Shown: positions 1 to 9,783 of the stretch, piece after piece
Numbering within the stretch: position 1 is the first letter of the stretch
Layout: every line of letters begins with the position of its first letter
Source: a virus
Length of the DNA stretch: 64,000 nucleotides
IMG/VR virus record: IMGVR_UViG_3300044949_001245
Location: 24,604-88,603 of that record
Reading direction: 5' to 3' (one strand)
Program-made: the position numbers and the translations under genes
Notes under the pieces: generated by a model
What the model saw: the letters and a program-made list of their open reading frames with translations, nothing else
Told to the model about the DNA's origin: nothing
The model's database searches: none

Positions 1-80
1 GGTGGAATACCGCTTTTAACAATCGCATATACTCCAGGCTCAATTATTCTTTTGCCGCCAAAATTTACTATCGTTGCCAT
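1..80 (-). CDS. tail sheath protein, N-terminal fragment (runs off window edge)
   Basis: Not in ORF track. Reverse complement of 1-80 reads MATIVNFGGKRIIEPGVYAIVKSGIP; an N-terminal PGVY motif is typical of contractile sheath proteins; follows the neck genes. Confidence 0.75.
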   Translation of the reverse strand, partial: MATIVNFGGKRIIEPGVYAIVKSGIP

Positions 81-93
81 TCAGTCTTAATTT

Positions 94-330
94 TTATTGT
101 TTGTTATTATTCTCTTCACTTTCTTTTGAAGCCTTGTTTTTCTTTGCCTTTTCTTGCACTTTTTCAAGTTTCTTTATTTTAAGATAGGCTGTATCATCAA
201 AGACATACTCAGTCTTCAACTTTTCGTACCATTCATCTTCTGTGAGTTCAATGTTTCCATAAACCTTTTTGGCAACTTCAACATCTTTACCCTTGAATGA
301 ATACTTTTTCGCAAATTCTACTACAGTCAT
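94..330 (-). CDS. small hypothetical late protein
   Basis: 78 aa, ATGA-coupled to upstream gene, preceded by late motif at 356-368. Confidence 0.6.
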   Translation of the reverse strand: MTVVEFAKKYSFKGKDVEVAKKVYGNIELTEDEWYEKLKTEYVFDDTAYLKIKKLEKVQEKAKKNKASKESEENNNKQ

Positions 331-1031
331 GTTGTTTCCGCATTGTTTGATTGAATAATACCTGTTACTTGGAAATCTTTTATCATCCTATTGCGCAAAA
401 TATCAGGCACGTGTACCTCATACTTAAAATTCAAACTCAACGACCTGTGGAATATATGAGGAGGCACTAAATCACCAGCCAACTGTATATCCTGACCTGA
501 TATTTTCGGCAATCTCAATCCAGAAAGTTCTATGTGAGTGTATAAACTTATCAAAGATGCTTTCAGCAAGTTGTAAATCAATAATACCTCCAATGTACTC
601 TCTGACGTTATTATCAAGTTGTAAGTTGCGTCAAACATTTCCGTAAAAATCGCTTGGTAGGTGTCTTGATGTTTGTTCTCTTGATATCCGATGTAGTTTT
701 CATCAGCCCCTATCCCCAGTGGTTGACCGCTTTCAGATGGGAGCAATATATGAATACAAGCAATATCAGACACCTCCATGTTGTATCCTAGATTGACTTG
801 AATTTTATTTTTGTGAACGAACAACTCTTTTGCCTGTTCAAAATAGTGGAATGTCTCCCACTTTACATCTTGTCCACATTCATTCTTTGCGAAATAATGG
901 TACAGGATTGTATCTTCCACCTGATGTGAATTGAAGTCATTTCTTACTATCTCCAATATGGAATTCAGCGTGTGGTAAAGTACGACCTCTGGCATTAGCA
1001 CCGCTGGTGAATCAATTATCTTAACTGCCAT
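327..1031 (-). CDS. neck / tail-terminator-like structural protein
   Basis: 234 aa; position between head-completion genes and sheath, as in SPO1/Twort-like gene order. Confidence 0.55.
   Translation of the reverse strand: MAVKIIDSPAVLMPEVVLYHTLNSILEIVRNDFNSHQVEDTILYHYFAKNECGQDVKWETFHYFEQAKELFVHKNKIQVNLGYNMEVSDIACIHILLPSESGQPLGIGADENYIGYQENKHQDTYQAIFTEMFDATYNLIITSESTLEVLLIYNLLKASLISLYTHIELSGLRLPKISGQDIQLAGDLVPPHIFHRSLSLNFKYEVHVPDILRNRMIKDFQVTGIIQSNNAETT
356..368 (-). promoter_or_regulatory. putative late promoter GTAACAGGTATTA
   Basis: Identical 13-mer also at 5515-5527 and 11327-11339. Confidence 0.6.
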
Positions 1032-1824
1032 AACCTAAATTTGCTAAAACTTCATCAACTTTATTTTCTACAACTGTATTCACATCGGTGCGACCTATTG
1101 CTCCACCTAACAAATTGTATGCCTTTATGCCTTGGTGAATCCAAGAAAGTGGGTCACTAGCAGCACCAACTCTCCTAAAAGTCATGTATGTATTTTGAGT
1201 TGTTTTTCCGTATGCTCCGACCTTTTTAACCATTCCCTCAAACATTCCTGACTTATGTTTGTACTCAGGTATGTCGATGTTTTGACTTGGAATCACTATT
1301 CGTTGTCTTGATTGTGGAATATCGTATGGCGATGGTGTTTCAGATTTTTTTAAGCCTTGATTTGCTGGTTTCGCTTTCATTATCTTGTGAATGCTTTTAG
1401 GCATTATGTTGCTGAAAGCAGCATTCTCCCCTACTATTCCTGGAGTTCCAATCCTAAATGGAATAGTCAAATACCACCTGTACTCAGTTTCGCCAGTTTC
1501 TTTGTTAAAAACAGGTGAATACTTTACATTCTTTGATTTTCTAAATCCCTCTTTCATGTCGAATGGACCAACGCCAGTTTCAATCATGTTATTCAAAACA
1601 CCCCTCAAAACTATCCGTTTGCTGTACCTAGAAACATCCTCTATGTCCAACCCCTCTACATAATTTGTTCTTGTGGATTTGAGCTTGTCTGATGCCTCTC
1701 TTTTCCAGCTCTCATAGATTGACTGGGTAACTTCCATTACACATTGCTCCACTATCGTATCAGCTACATTAGCAGGCAAATTCAGTTCCTGAATTAAGTC
1801 ATCTATGTTTAATTGGATATTCAT
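1021..1824 (-). CDS. neck / tail-completion protein
   Basis: 267 aa; YLTIPFR, YMTFRRV and SWIH motifs as recalled from Herelleviridae-like neck proteins; synteny. Confidence 0.6.
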   Translation of the reverse strand: MNIQLNIDDLIQELNLPANVADTIVEQCVMEVTQSIYESWKREASDKLKSTRTNYVEGLDIEDVSRYSKRIVLRGVLNNMIETGVGPFDMKEGFRKSKNVKYSPVFNKETGETEYRWYLTIPFRIGTPGIVGENAAFSNIMPKSIHKIMKAKPANQGLKKSETPSPYDIPQSRQRIVIPSQNIDIPEYKHKSGMFEGMVKKVGAYGKTTQNTYMTFRRVGAASDPLSWIHQGIKAYNLLGGAIGRTDVNTVVENKVDEVLANLGYGS

Positions 1825-2630
1825 TTCGTTGAATTTTCTATTAACCGCCCTTGTTCTTCATATTTCGTGTTATCGAATATGTAGTGTGCCTTTCTAGCCA
1901 AACCACCTATCGGCATATTGGCTAATTGTTCATAACTGTATGAGCAGTCTTTCTCTCTCACTTTCATGATATCCCTATTCATGTCAATCACGTGGTATGT
2001 AAGACAATGTCTATATCGTATTGATATGGATAAATCATTCATGGAGTTGTAATTGGAATCCAAAACAATCTTGAATCCATCTATGGTAAAATCACTACCC
2101 TCTTTTAATGGAAGTAAAGGTTGCTTATCATTCTGAAAAAGATATATTGATTCAATCTCTAAAACCTCGTAAATTGTAAAAGCAACTTGTTTGCCTCCGA
2201 CTTGTCTAGTGCGTATGACCTCATTGAAATATCCCTCTACTTCACGCAAAATTATCCTATCCATAAAAGCAAGTTTGTCAGTTGCTCTGGCTGTCACTTT
2301 AGCCATGCCTGTCGTAACTTGACTCCAATTCTCATACTTCACGTCAGCCTTTATCTGCTGAACCGCAATCCTTGTTTCTATTCTGTTTACAAAAATCCAA
2401 CCAAGTCCAACACAGTTGTTACAACTCACCAAAGGCTGTCCTGTTCCCTTAACAGTACAAGGACATCTGAGTGCTCTATCAATCCAAACTTCGTACCCTT
2501 TATCAAATACAAGACTATCAAACCTCCATGGTTGAAACCTAACCTGGTGCTCTGTAGTTTCGGGTGGCGTCACTGTCACAACAGGCTTGTTTCTTCCATC
2601 CGTTTTGATTATGTTCGCTTTCTTATTCAT
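1821..2630 (-). CDS. head-closure / neck protein with Cys cluster
   Basis: 269 aa; CPC...CxxCxGxGW motif; synteny downstream of MCP. Confidence 0.6.
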   Translation of the reverse strand: MNKKANIIKTDGRNKPVVTVTPPETTEHQVRFQPWRFDSLVFDKGYEVWIDRALRCPCTVKGTGQPLVSCNNCVGLGWIFVNRIETRIAVQQIKADVKYENWSQVTTGMAKVTARATDKLAFMDRIILREVEGYFNEVIRTRQVGGKQVAFTIYEVLEIESIYLFQNDKQPLLPLKEGSDFTIDGFKIVLDSNYNSMNDLSISIRYRHCLTYHVIDMNRDIMKVREKDCSYSYEQLANMPIGGLARKAHYIFDNTKYEEQGRLIENSTK

Positions 2631-2632
2631 TC

Positions 2633-3424
2633 TTACAGAACATTAAATCTGATTCCATAATACTCTGCTCTCAAATTTTGTAGTTGAACCCCTAGTTCAT
2701 CCGCATATTGCTTTATTCTACCTGAGAATGCTCCCCCTCCGCCACTTTTAGTGGTGGAATAAGACTGGCTAATACCATCTATGGATATACTCTGGTTTCC
2801 TACCCCCGCACCATATATCAAATCGCCAGTAATCGCCAGAATTTGGATGGCAGCAGCTTTGGCTACAGCGTCAACTAAATCCGCTGGGCATTTATCCCAA
2901 CCTGTACAATATTTCAATCTCCAATAGTTAGGTATAAAATCAGTTCCAAAAAATCCCAAGTGCGGTGTAATGCCCGAAAACACGAACGCATGTTGACTCA
3001 TTTGAGCACCGCCTTTCGTGTTTGGAATCAAATACAAGTTCCTGAACTTCGTTGGGTCATTGCCTCGCTTTATGCTCAACCATTCCTCTGGATAGCTCAC
3101 TTGCTTTATGTTGTTTATGTATCCCAAAAGTCCAAGTGGCTCTTTTATCGGGAACACAGTCTTGATGTAACCCCATCTGTAAAACTCATTCCGTATGAAA
3201 TCGTGATTTTCCCAGATTATTTGTTTCTTGAGCTTTATGGACAAAAAATTCTCTAGCTGCTTTTGCGCAACTTCAATTTTTTGTTTGATTGTTTCCATAC
3301 TCAATGTGCTTCCATCAGGATAGCAGAGTGGAATGCCTGTTAGGTACAACTCTATTAACGATGAAGGACTGATAACCAGCCCTTCATTTACGTTGTACTT
3401 TACTTTCAAAGTCATAGTACTCAT
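2633..3424 (-). CDS. head-to-tail adaptor-like protein
   Basis: 263 aa; C-terminal SISIDGISQS motif; synteny. Confidence 0.6.
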   Translation of the reverse strand: MSTMTLKVKYNVNEGLVISPSSLIELYLTGIPLCYPDGSTLSMETIKQKIEVAQKQLENFLSIKLKKQIIWENHDFIRNEFYRWGYIKTVFPIKEPLGLLGYINNIKQVSYPEEWLSIKRGNDPTKFRNLYLIPNTKGGAQMSQHAFVFSGITPHLGFFGTDFIPNYWRLKYCTGWDKCPADLVDAVAKAAAIQILAITGDLIYGAGVGNQSISIDGISQSYSTTKSGGGGAFSGRIKQYADELGVQLQNLRAEYYGIRFNVL

Positions 3425-3446
3425 ATTCTCAAAATTTGGCTGCTAA

Positions 3447-3884
3447 TTACTTCGCATTTTTACGCAGAAAGTTTATCATGAGTTTTTTTGACTTGGCATA
3501 TTTTGAATAGTCCTCTTCAGTGAACCCTGCTTGTTCAGCAATCTCTTTTAGCTCACTCAAGGTCATTTCATCCAAGCCATCTTCCTCTTTAGTTTCCTGT
3601 TCTGACGTTTCCTCTTTAATAGATGTTACTTCTTGCTCCTTGACTTCTAAAACGACTTCCTCAGCAAGTTTATCAGCATACAGTTCTTCAGTCACTGTCG
3701 TTCCGTTGCCTTTAACTAACTGGTATGAGTCTGTCTTGGTAAGTAACAATGTTGCTACTGTGTCCTCTACCTCTAGGTTGCCATTTGCTTCCACGATTGT
3801 TTCTCCGATGGTTGGCAAAATTATTTTGCCGCCCCATAAATTTTTGTTTGTTGCTCTCAACAATACTTTTTCTGATTTTTGCAT
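3447..3884 (-). CDS. hypothetical late protein with C-terminal HeH/Rho-N-like helix pair
   Basis: LDEMTLSELKEIAEQAG motif; gene directly after MCP. Confidence 0.5.
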   Translation of the reverse strand: MQKSEKVLLRATNKNLWGGKIILPTIGETIVEANGNLEVEDTVATLLLTKTDSYQLVKGNGTTVTEELYADKLAEEVVLEVKEQEVTSIKEETSEQETKEEDGLDEMTLSELKEIAEQAGFTEEDYSKYAKSKKLMINFLRKNAK

Positions 3885-3909
3885 GACTTCGTTTTTAATT
3901 GTTAATACT

Positions 3910-3946
3910 AAAAAGGGTGAGCAGATAAATACCCACCCACCCTTTT
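3910..3946 (-). terminator. intrinsic terminator after MCP
   Basis: AAAAGGGTG...CACCCTTTT inverted repeat with T tract on the minus strand. Confidence 0.7.
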
Positions 3947-3972
3947 AACTTTGTATCACAGTTGGTTTCCTA

Positions 3973-5469
3973 TTACAGTGAACCGATGTTAATGAAACGA
4001 ACCATTTTCTTTGGCGCATACAGGAAAGGTGTTCCGTACAGCAAAATCATAAATCGGTACGCTGGACTCAAGATAGCCAAATCCATTTTCATCAGCGGAG
4101 CAAGTTGAGCAAACTCTACAACTTCATTATCCATTTGGAAAAGGATTGCTTGGTCAGTGTTCGGCATAAATCGGTTGCGGTCACGAACTGTACCAGCAGA
4201 AGCACCATCGTAACCCGCAGTGTTCTCAGCTACTGAGACATCAAACAAAGGATAGAAAGTAGCACCCGCAAAAGTGGTAGCATTCTTATTTGACCTGTAA
4301 ATTCTGTACGATGTAGCTGGGGTTGTACCACCACCATCGGTAAAGTCAAGGTTAATTGAACCGCCAGCAACTACCGCAGCAGGAGCAGTTCCAATTTGTG
4401 TTAGGGCAGTTTCTCCGTATCTGTTCACGGCTGATACCGCATAGATGTAGTTTCCAGCGTCAGTTGTACTCCATTTAGAACTAGCATCAACAGCCACAGG
4501 GGTCAAAGATACTGAAGTCACTGGGTTTGGCGCACTAGGTGATGTTGCCGAAGATGTTGAAGTTTTTGAAGGCAACTTCTTGAAGAAAATATCGTAATTC
4601 AAACCAATTCGACCAAATTGTGAATCGAATGATTGAACACGCTGACCCATTACACCAGCTGAGGTCATTTCGGTGTTCGGCTGGATGAACTTGTTTCCAT
4701 AGAACCCTTTAACGAAATCAGACATCACTTTTGGCGGAGCAAAAAGCTGGTTACCCAAACCAAAGTTTTCAACGATGCCATTCGCACCTGTTTCGATGCT
4801 CTCCTCATCTAGTGCTGCGCCACGAAGGTCAACAACCACTTCTGAGTTCATGTATGAATCAAGGTTCAACCAGTTGTCGTTACGCTGATGTTGCGCCAAA
4901 AATCCGTTGAATTCTTGCGGAACCAAAGCCTCATCACCGAAATAAAGTGATTGGTTGATTTTACGCAAAATCCACATAGTTCCGTTCTTGATTTCACGCT
5001 CCACGATGTTACCAACCATGTTGTTAACAAGTGTCATCGGATGAGTAACACTTTTTGTTACACCCAAGAACTTCACTAATTGCGCACGTCTGATGTACAA
5101 TGAGTCCTCTTCATTCGGCAATTCGCCCTCGTTGTAGAAACCACCTCTGTTAGTACCATAAGAGGACAATTGGTTGTATTCTTCAACAGTGTTGAAAGCA
5201 GACTTTTTCGGCACAACTTTCCATAGTGCGATGTCGCTTTCCTTAAATGTGAGGTGTTTCAAAGTCTTGTCCAGACTTTCAACTTTTAACGGAGCACCCG
5301 ATGCTGTCGACAAGTCTGTTGTTTCACGACCTGTAATCTGACCAGCTTCAAGTGCTTTGTTCAACTGGTTCAATTCTTCCATGTTTGAACCACCGAAAAC
5401 TGCTCCCTGGCCGTTACCAGCATTCGCAGCAGCATTGGCATAATCTGCCAAATTTAATCCTAAACTCAT
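3973..5469 (-). CDS. major capsid protein (SPO1/Twort/Herelleviridae-like, with Ig-like insertion)
   Basis: LKVESLD..LT, EYNQL, FGD...EFNG, AQLAPLMKMDLA and LYGTP..YAPKK motifs; follows prohead protease. Confidence 0.9.
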   Translation of the reverse strand: MSLGLNLADYANAAANAGNGQGAVFGGSNMEELNQLNKALEAGQITGRETTDLSTASGAPLKVESLDKTLKHLTFKESDIALWKVVPKKSAFNTVEEYNQLSSYGTNRGGFYNEGELPNEEDSLYIRRAQLVKFLGVTKSVTHPMTLVNNMVGNIVEREIKNGTMWILRKINQSLYFGDEALVPQEFNGFLAQHQRNDNWLNLDSYMNSEVVVDLRGAALDEESIETGANGIVENFGLGNQLFAPPKVMSDFVKGFYGNKFIQPNTEMTSAGVMGQRVQSFDSQFGRIGLNYDIFFKKLPSKTSTSSATSPSAPNPVTSVSLTPVAVDASSKWSTTDAGNYIYAVSAVNRYGETALTQIGTAPAAVVAGGSINLDFTDGGGTTPATSYRIYRSNKNATTFAGATFYPLFDVSVAENTAGYDGASAGTVRDRNRFMPNTDQAILFQMDNEVVEFAQLAPLMKMDLAILSPAYRFMILLYGTPFLYAPKKMVRFINIGSL

Positions 5470-5514
5470 AGCTCTGTTTTTTAATTGTTTGTTAAAACTC
5501 TTTAATTGTTTGTA

Positions 5515-5527
5515 TAATACCTGTTAC
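5515..5527 (-). promoter_or_regulatory. putative late promoter for MCP
   Basis: GTAACAGGTATTA about 45 nt upstream of the ATG. Confidence 0.65.
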
Positions 5528-7104
5528 TGTACAATGTTTACGTTATGCTCTGATTTTAATCTCGCAATCACATTGTTACTCAGCGGTGAACCAGCCTCAA
5601 AACTCATCAAGGCTTTGGCAAATTCTTCATCATAACCGCCTTTTGCGATTGTAGCAGCATCAAGTACATTAAGGATTGCCCCTCTGTGTTCGCTGGTATG
5701 AAGAGTGGCATTGCCGGCAGCACGACCTCCTTTTTCAAGATTGTCCGCTCCAAAGTTGCGCTCAACATAACCTTTAGTGATAGACTTGCGTCCAGTGGGC
5801 TGTGTAGAAAGTTCCTCTACTAATTCAAGTGCTTTTTGTAAGTCCTCTCTAGTAGCACGCAACTCTCTTTCTTGGCGCCACATTTTGCCTTTTAGCAATT
5901 CTGTAGCATCCATCTGTGCCTTTACTAATTGTGCAAGGGCACGTACATTTTGCGTATTTGAACTTGTTGACTCGTTGATAGCTTTGATAATGTCAGTTTG
6001 GAAAGATTTTTTCACATACTTCATCCCCTTTTCTTCATTGTCCTCATCTTCATCTTGCTCCCCCTCTTCAGAGTTCATTTCATCTTCATTGTGAGAATCA
6101 ACGTCAATGTGAATTTCTTTTTTCAGACCTTTGCCTTTTTTCATTTCGTCATCGGCAGCATCTTTTTTCTTTTTCTTGGCATCATAACCATACTGCTCTT
6201 TCATGACTTTTGCAGCAACCTCTTCATCTGACTCTTCGTCATCTTCATCGGCATCATTGCTTTTTGGCTTTCCCATGGACTTTTTCGCTTTCTCCAAAAA
6301 TGGATTTTCGTCCATATTTTCCAAACCCAGAGCACTCATGGCTTTCTGAAGGTCTTTGGTTTCGATTGTTTTTCCTTTTAACATTGCTTGTTCTATTTTA
6401 ATTAACAGATTGTTGAATTGTTCTGCTTTTTCAATACTAATACCTGGGAATGTGTCAAAAATTTTATCATACCTTTGCTCCTCAGTCATATTCTTCACCT
6501 TGTACCCATCTACGCTGGCGGGCATTAGCGCACGACCATCGCCTGTATCTAGTGTCTTTTTTGTATCAACATCATCCTCTTCATTCTTCTCCATATCGTA
6601 ATCACACCCCTTTCCTTTAATAATATCAGCGAATGTTTGAGGATTTTTAGGCATGTGTGTAATAGCCAATCCTGTTATCTTTGCTTGCTTTACTATTTTA
6701 GGATTGGTAACGTCACGCTCAATAACAGTTCCCTCAATACTGTACCCTAGTCTGCGTGTCTTTGAGTCTTTCTGGAGAACTTCCGCAAGTTGATAAACCT
6801 CTTTGGCTAAATCACTATTTGGATACAAATCAGTTTCTACATAAAACCCATCCTTGCGAATTTCTGCTTTGCATGGCTCACCTATGATTGTGGCTGGGCT
6901 GTTCTTGGCTTGGTGATGCCAATTCACAACTCCTGACTTTTTGAAATCTGAAATGTCAAACCCAGATGGGTCAAGAAATTCACCATCAGCATCTTTATCC
7001 ATAGTGGAGGCAATACCCCCTAGTCTCATCACTTCCTTTCCATTCTTGTCTTTCCCCTTACTTATTTCAACAGGGCACCAGAACTTAAATTTTTGCTCAG
7101 CCAT
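5524..7104 (-). CDS. prohead protease fused to acidic scaffold region
   Basis: GIAST..D.DGE, VNWHH, LGYSIEG and LAIT..P.N motifs, then a long charged coiled-coil region with many K[AGS] sites. Confidence 0.85.
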   Translation of the reverse strand: MAEQKFKFWCPVEISKGKDKNGKEVMRLGGIASTMDKDADGEFLDPSGFDISDFKKSGVVNWHHQAKNSPATIIGEPCKAEIRKDGFYVETDLYPNSDLAKEVYQLAEVLQKDSKTRRLGYSIEGTVIERDVTNPKIVKQAKITGLAITHMPKNPQTFADIIKGKGCDYDMEKNEEDDVDTKKTLDTGDGRALMPASVDGYKVKNMTEEQRYDKIFDTFPGISIEKAEQFNNLLIKIEQAMLKGKTIETKDLQKAMSALGLENMDENPFLEKAKKSMGKPKSNDADEDDEESDEEVAAKVMKEQYGYDAKKKKKDAADDEMKKGKGLKKEIHIDVDSHNEDEMNSEEGEQDEDEDNEEKGMKYVKKSFQTDIIKAINESTSSNTQNVRALAQLVKAQMDATELLKGKMWRQERELRATREDLQKALELVEELSTQPTGRKSITKGYVERNFGADNLEKGGRAAGNATLHTSEHRGAILNVLDAATIAKGGYDEEFAKALMSFEAGSPLSNNVIARLKSEHNVNIVQ

Positions 7105-7115
7105 TTTGTTATTTA

Positions 7116-7526
7116 TTAAATTTCTAAAATTCCAATATCAAGTTTGTTGGCAAACAAGAAATCATAAAGTATGTCTTGCTTGGTCTTTGGATTTTTGCCC
7201 TTAAAATCTGCGTGGGACATCGCTATGGAAGCAAGATAGTCACAAAACGCATTATGAAAGAACAAAATCTTTTCAGCTTTTTTGGTAGTCAATTTTATAT
7301 CATCAGGACAATCTTTGAAATAATGTGCTTTCATAGTCCTATCTAAAAAATTCTTTTGGTCATTGACATCAACCAACGGAAATTTGCCTTTGAATGGTAA
7401 CAGCTCACTTGGCTTATTTTCATAAAGCACTGATGTTACCTTTCCAATTCTAATAGATGTGAACTGGTTTCTGTATAACTGCTCCTCAGCGTCACCGCCA
7501 GCTTTCTCTTGTATGAACCATTCCAT
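7116..7526 (-). CDS. hypothetical protein
   Basis: 136-aa ORF tightly coupled downstream of the kinase/ART gene. Confidence 0.55.
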   Translation of the reverse strand: MEWFIQEKAGGDAEEQLYRNQFTSIRIGKVTSVLYENKPSELLPFKGKFPLVDVNDQKNFLDRTMKAHYFKDCPDDIKLTTKKAEKILFFHNAFCDYLASIAMSHADFKGKNPKTKQDILYDFLFANKLDIGILEI

Positions 7527-7528
7527 TA

Positions 7529-9775
7529 CTACTTACTTTTATTGTTTTTTCTAACTTTCAATTTGCTTCTGTTTAGCACAATCGCAAAATCCGTACTACC
7601 GCCCCAACCATTCTTTTGAATTATCATGTCGTAACCCTTTATTGCCGCATAAAACCCTCTGAACTCTCCATTAGGTCTTTTAGCAATGTCTGCCATTATA
7701 TGGTGTAGTGAAGAACTGCCCTGACCTCTCAACTTATTGACCTCGTCAGCTACAGCACGTAATTTATCTTGCGCATCTTTTGCTTCCTTTTTAACAGCTT
7801 CAATTTTGTCAGAATTTTTCAACTCTTTTTCAATCTCTTTATTTATCACACCATAGTGATTTTCTATCACGAAATCTCGCAACCTAGAATAGTGGTGATT
7901 GTATTTTTTAGTGTTTGAATTTTTCTGCTTTACACTCCTATCTGCCACACCCTCATTCAACATGAATTTTTCTGATGAGAGTGGCAACTCTATCTCTAAA
8001 GTTCTGCCATTATCATGTTCCGTAATTTTCGCCCCTAGTGATTTCACAAGTGCTTGATAGTACCTTTTAACCTTACCAAATGAGTGAACCTCTGGGTCAG
8101 CGTAAACTATATCAGCCCTTGAATTAAGTGCGTCCAAAGCCTTTTGATTCCAACCCATATTATCCTTTACATCTTGAGCAATAATTTTTTCGATGTTCCT
8201 AGCTTTATCATTTAGCTTATCAACCTCATTTTTCAGGTCATCATACTCTTTTTTCTTTTCCTTAAACTCTTCTCCAAAGAACTCCTCATTCATCATCTCA
8301 TCCAACTCTTGCGCATCAATTATGCGGACATCTTTATCTATGGCTATATCTATAACGTGACTTGAGTCTTGGCCAGCATAATCTAGTGCTATGCTGTAAT
8401 CTGAATTTGGCGGTGGAGGATTTTTCTTGGTCTTGTTTACAGCAGCGTAAATTCCAGCTCCATACATTCCAACCATTCCATAAAAGCAATCATCTTTCTC
8501 CTTGAAATTCCTTATCCAAGTTTGAGCACTCACTCCTGAAGTTCCTGTTAGTCCACGCTGGATTAACTTTACATCGTCATCTTCTAGCAATTTGTCGAAT
8601 TTTTTATCATCCAACAATTCAGGCTTTTTATCAAACCCACGCATCTTACAAATTTCAGACAAGAACATCCAACCAACCTTACTGTTTTGGTTAGTAATCT
8701 TGCCCCCAGCTTTCTTTAATGCTTTTTCAATTTCTTTTTCTGTTAATTCTCTGTATGGGTCTTCATTTTCATAGTCATCATCTTCCAACCTAGTTTGTAG
8801 GTCAAAAAATCTTTTGGCCATCTTTATTTTCAAGTCTTTGTCTTCAATCAAAGACAAAATGGCTTTCTCTTTACTCAACAAATCTTTTATTTGATTGTTG
8901 ATATCCTTTTGGGTCAAGTCATGAGTAATGGCTAAATTTTGCGACACCATTGAGTCCAATTCATCAACCTCATCGGTAAATGACGCCCCCTTATCACGAC
9001 CAGTGGCTGAGAACCTTAAAGAACCACCATTATCCACCCTATAAACCAGTCCGTCATCCTTATTGACTAGTATGTTATCATTCTTATACGCATCCCAATT
9101 AGCCAGCAAACAATCAGCAACGTACCCTTTAAGAATTTCTTGTTTGAGGTTGTCGTCCAAGATATTATTCGCTGCCTCTGTATTCTCCATGTACTCAGAC
9201 AGGATTGCTACGTTTGAAGTTCCCTTTTCGTAAATTTGCATTCTTGGAACAGTCAATCCAATCTCTTCATAGATTTTGGTAGCAAGATATTCCTCTTCAA
9301 CGTGAGCTGGTGACGCACCCCTCTTCATTACATACTTCTTGCCTGTTGCTGGGTCTTCCAATAGCTTTGCTCCTGTGGAACCACCTAGTGTTTTATTAAC
9401 AGGCACAAGTTTACTTATATCATCAGGAAAGTCATCGTAATCATCTGTTGCTTTTTTCTTTGGTTGTTTTACAGCTTTCCTCCAATCCAACTTCCCCCCT
9501 TTGGTCTTTTTTACGACATAAAGGACACCATTCTTTACTTTCTGTTCCCCCTCACGCAAAGCCTTAAAAAGATTTTCATCTGGCTCCAGTCCGTTGAGAT
9601 AGTCATTGAATGTTTTAGCCTTAATCAACTCATGTTGTGTGTCGGACACCCAGCCAGTCTTTTCCCTAACTGACTCAAGTGCCTTTACCAGCGTGAAATC
9701 GTCCAATAAGCCATCTTCATTAGCTTTAACAATTCGCTGGAACGAATTTTCAATATCAATGAAATTCTCCGACAT
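7529..9775 (-). CDS. probable virion-cargo protein: PI3/4-kinase/HipA-like domain plus ADP-ribosyltransferase-like domain
   Basis: Kinase: LGGSTGA, YVMK, EEEYLA, DCLLANWD..NDNIL, RVDNG. ART-like: IQRG, GMYGAGIYAA, ALDYA, and C-terminal KGYDMI...AIVLNRS. Confidence 0.65.
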   Translation of the reverse strand: MSENFIDIENSFQRIVKANEDGLLDDFTLVKALESVREKTGWVSDTQHELIKAKTFNDYLNGLEPDENLFKALREGEQKVKNGVLYVVKKTKGGKLDWRKAVKQPKKKATDDYDDFPDDISKLVPVNKTLGGSTGAKLLEDPATGKKYVMKRGASPAHVEEEYLATKIYEEIGLTVPRMQIYEKGTSNVAILSEYMENTEAANNILDDNLKQEILKGYVADCLLANWDAYKNDNILVNKDDGLVYRVDNGGSLRFSATGRDKGASFTDEVDELDSMVSQNLAITHDLTQKDINNQIKDLLSKEKAILSLIEDKDLKIKMAKRFFDLQTRLEDDDYENEDPYRELTEKEIEKALKKAGGKITNQNSKVGWMFLSEICKMRGFDKKPELLDDKKFDKLLEDDDVKLIQRGLTGTSGVSAQTWIRNFKEKDDCFYGMVGMYGAGIYAAVNKTKKNPPPPNSDYSIALDYAGQDSSHVIDIAIDKDVRIIDAQELDEMMNEEFFGEEFKEKKKEYDDLKNEVDKLNDKARNIEKIIAQDVKDNMGWNQKALDALNSRADIVYADPEVHSFGKVKRYYQALVKSLGAKITEHDNGRTLEIELPLSSEKFMLNEGVADRSVKQKNSNTKKYNHHYSRLRDFVIENHYGVINKEIEKELKNSDKIEAVKKEAKDAQDKLRAVADEVNKLRGQGSSSLHHIMADIAKRPNGEFRGFYAAIKGYDMIIQKNGWGGSTDFAIVLNRSKLKVRKNNKSK

Positions 9776-9783
9776 AGTTTTTA

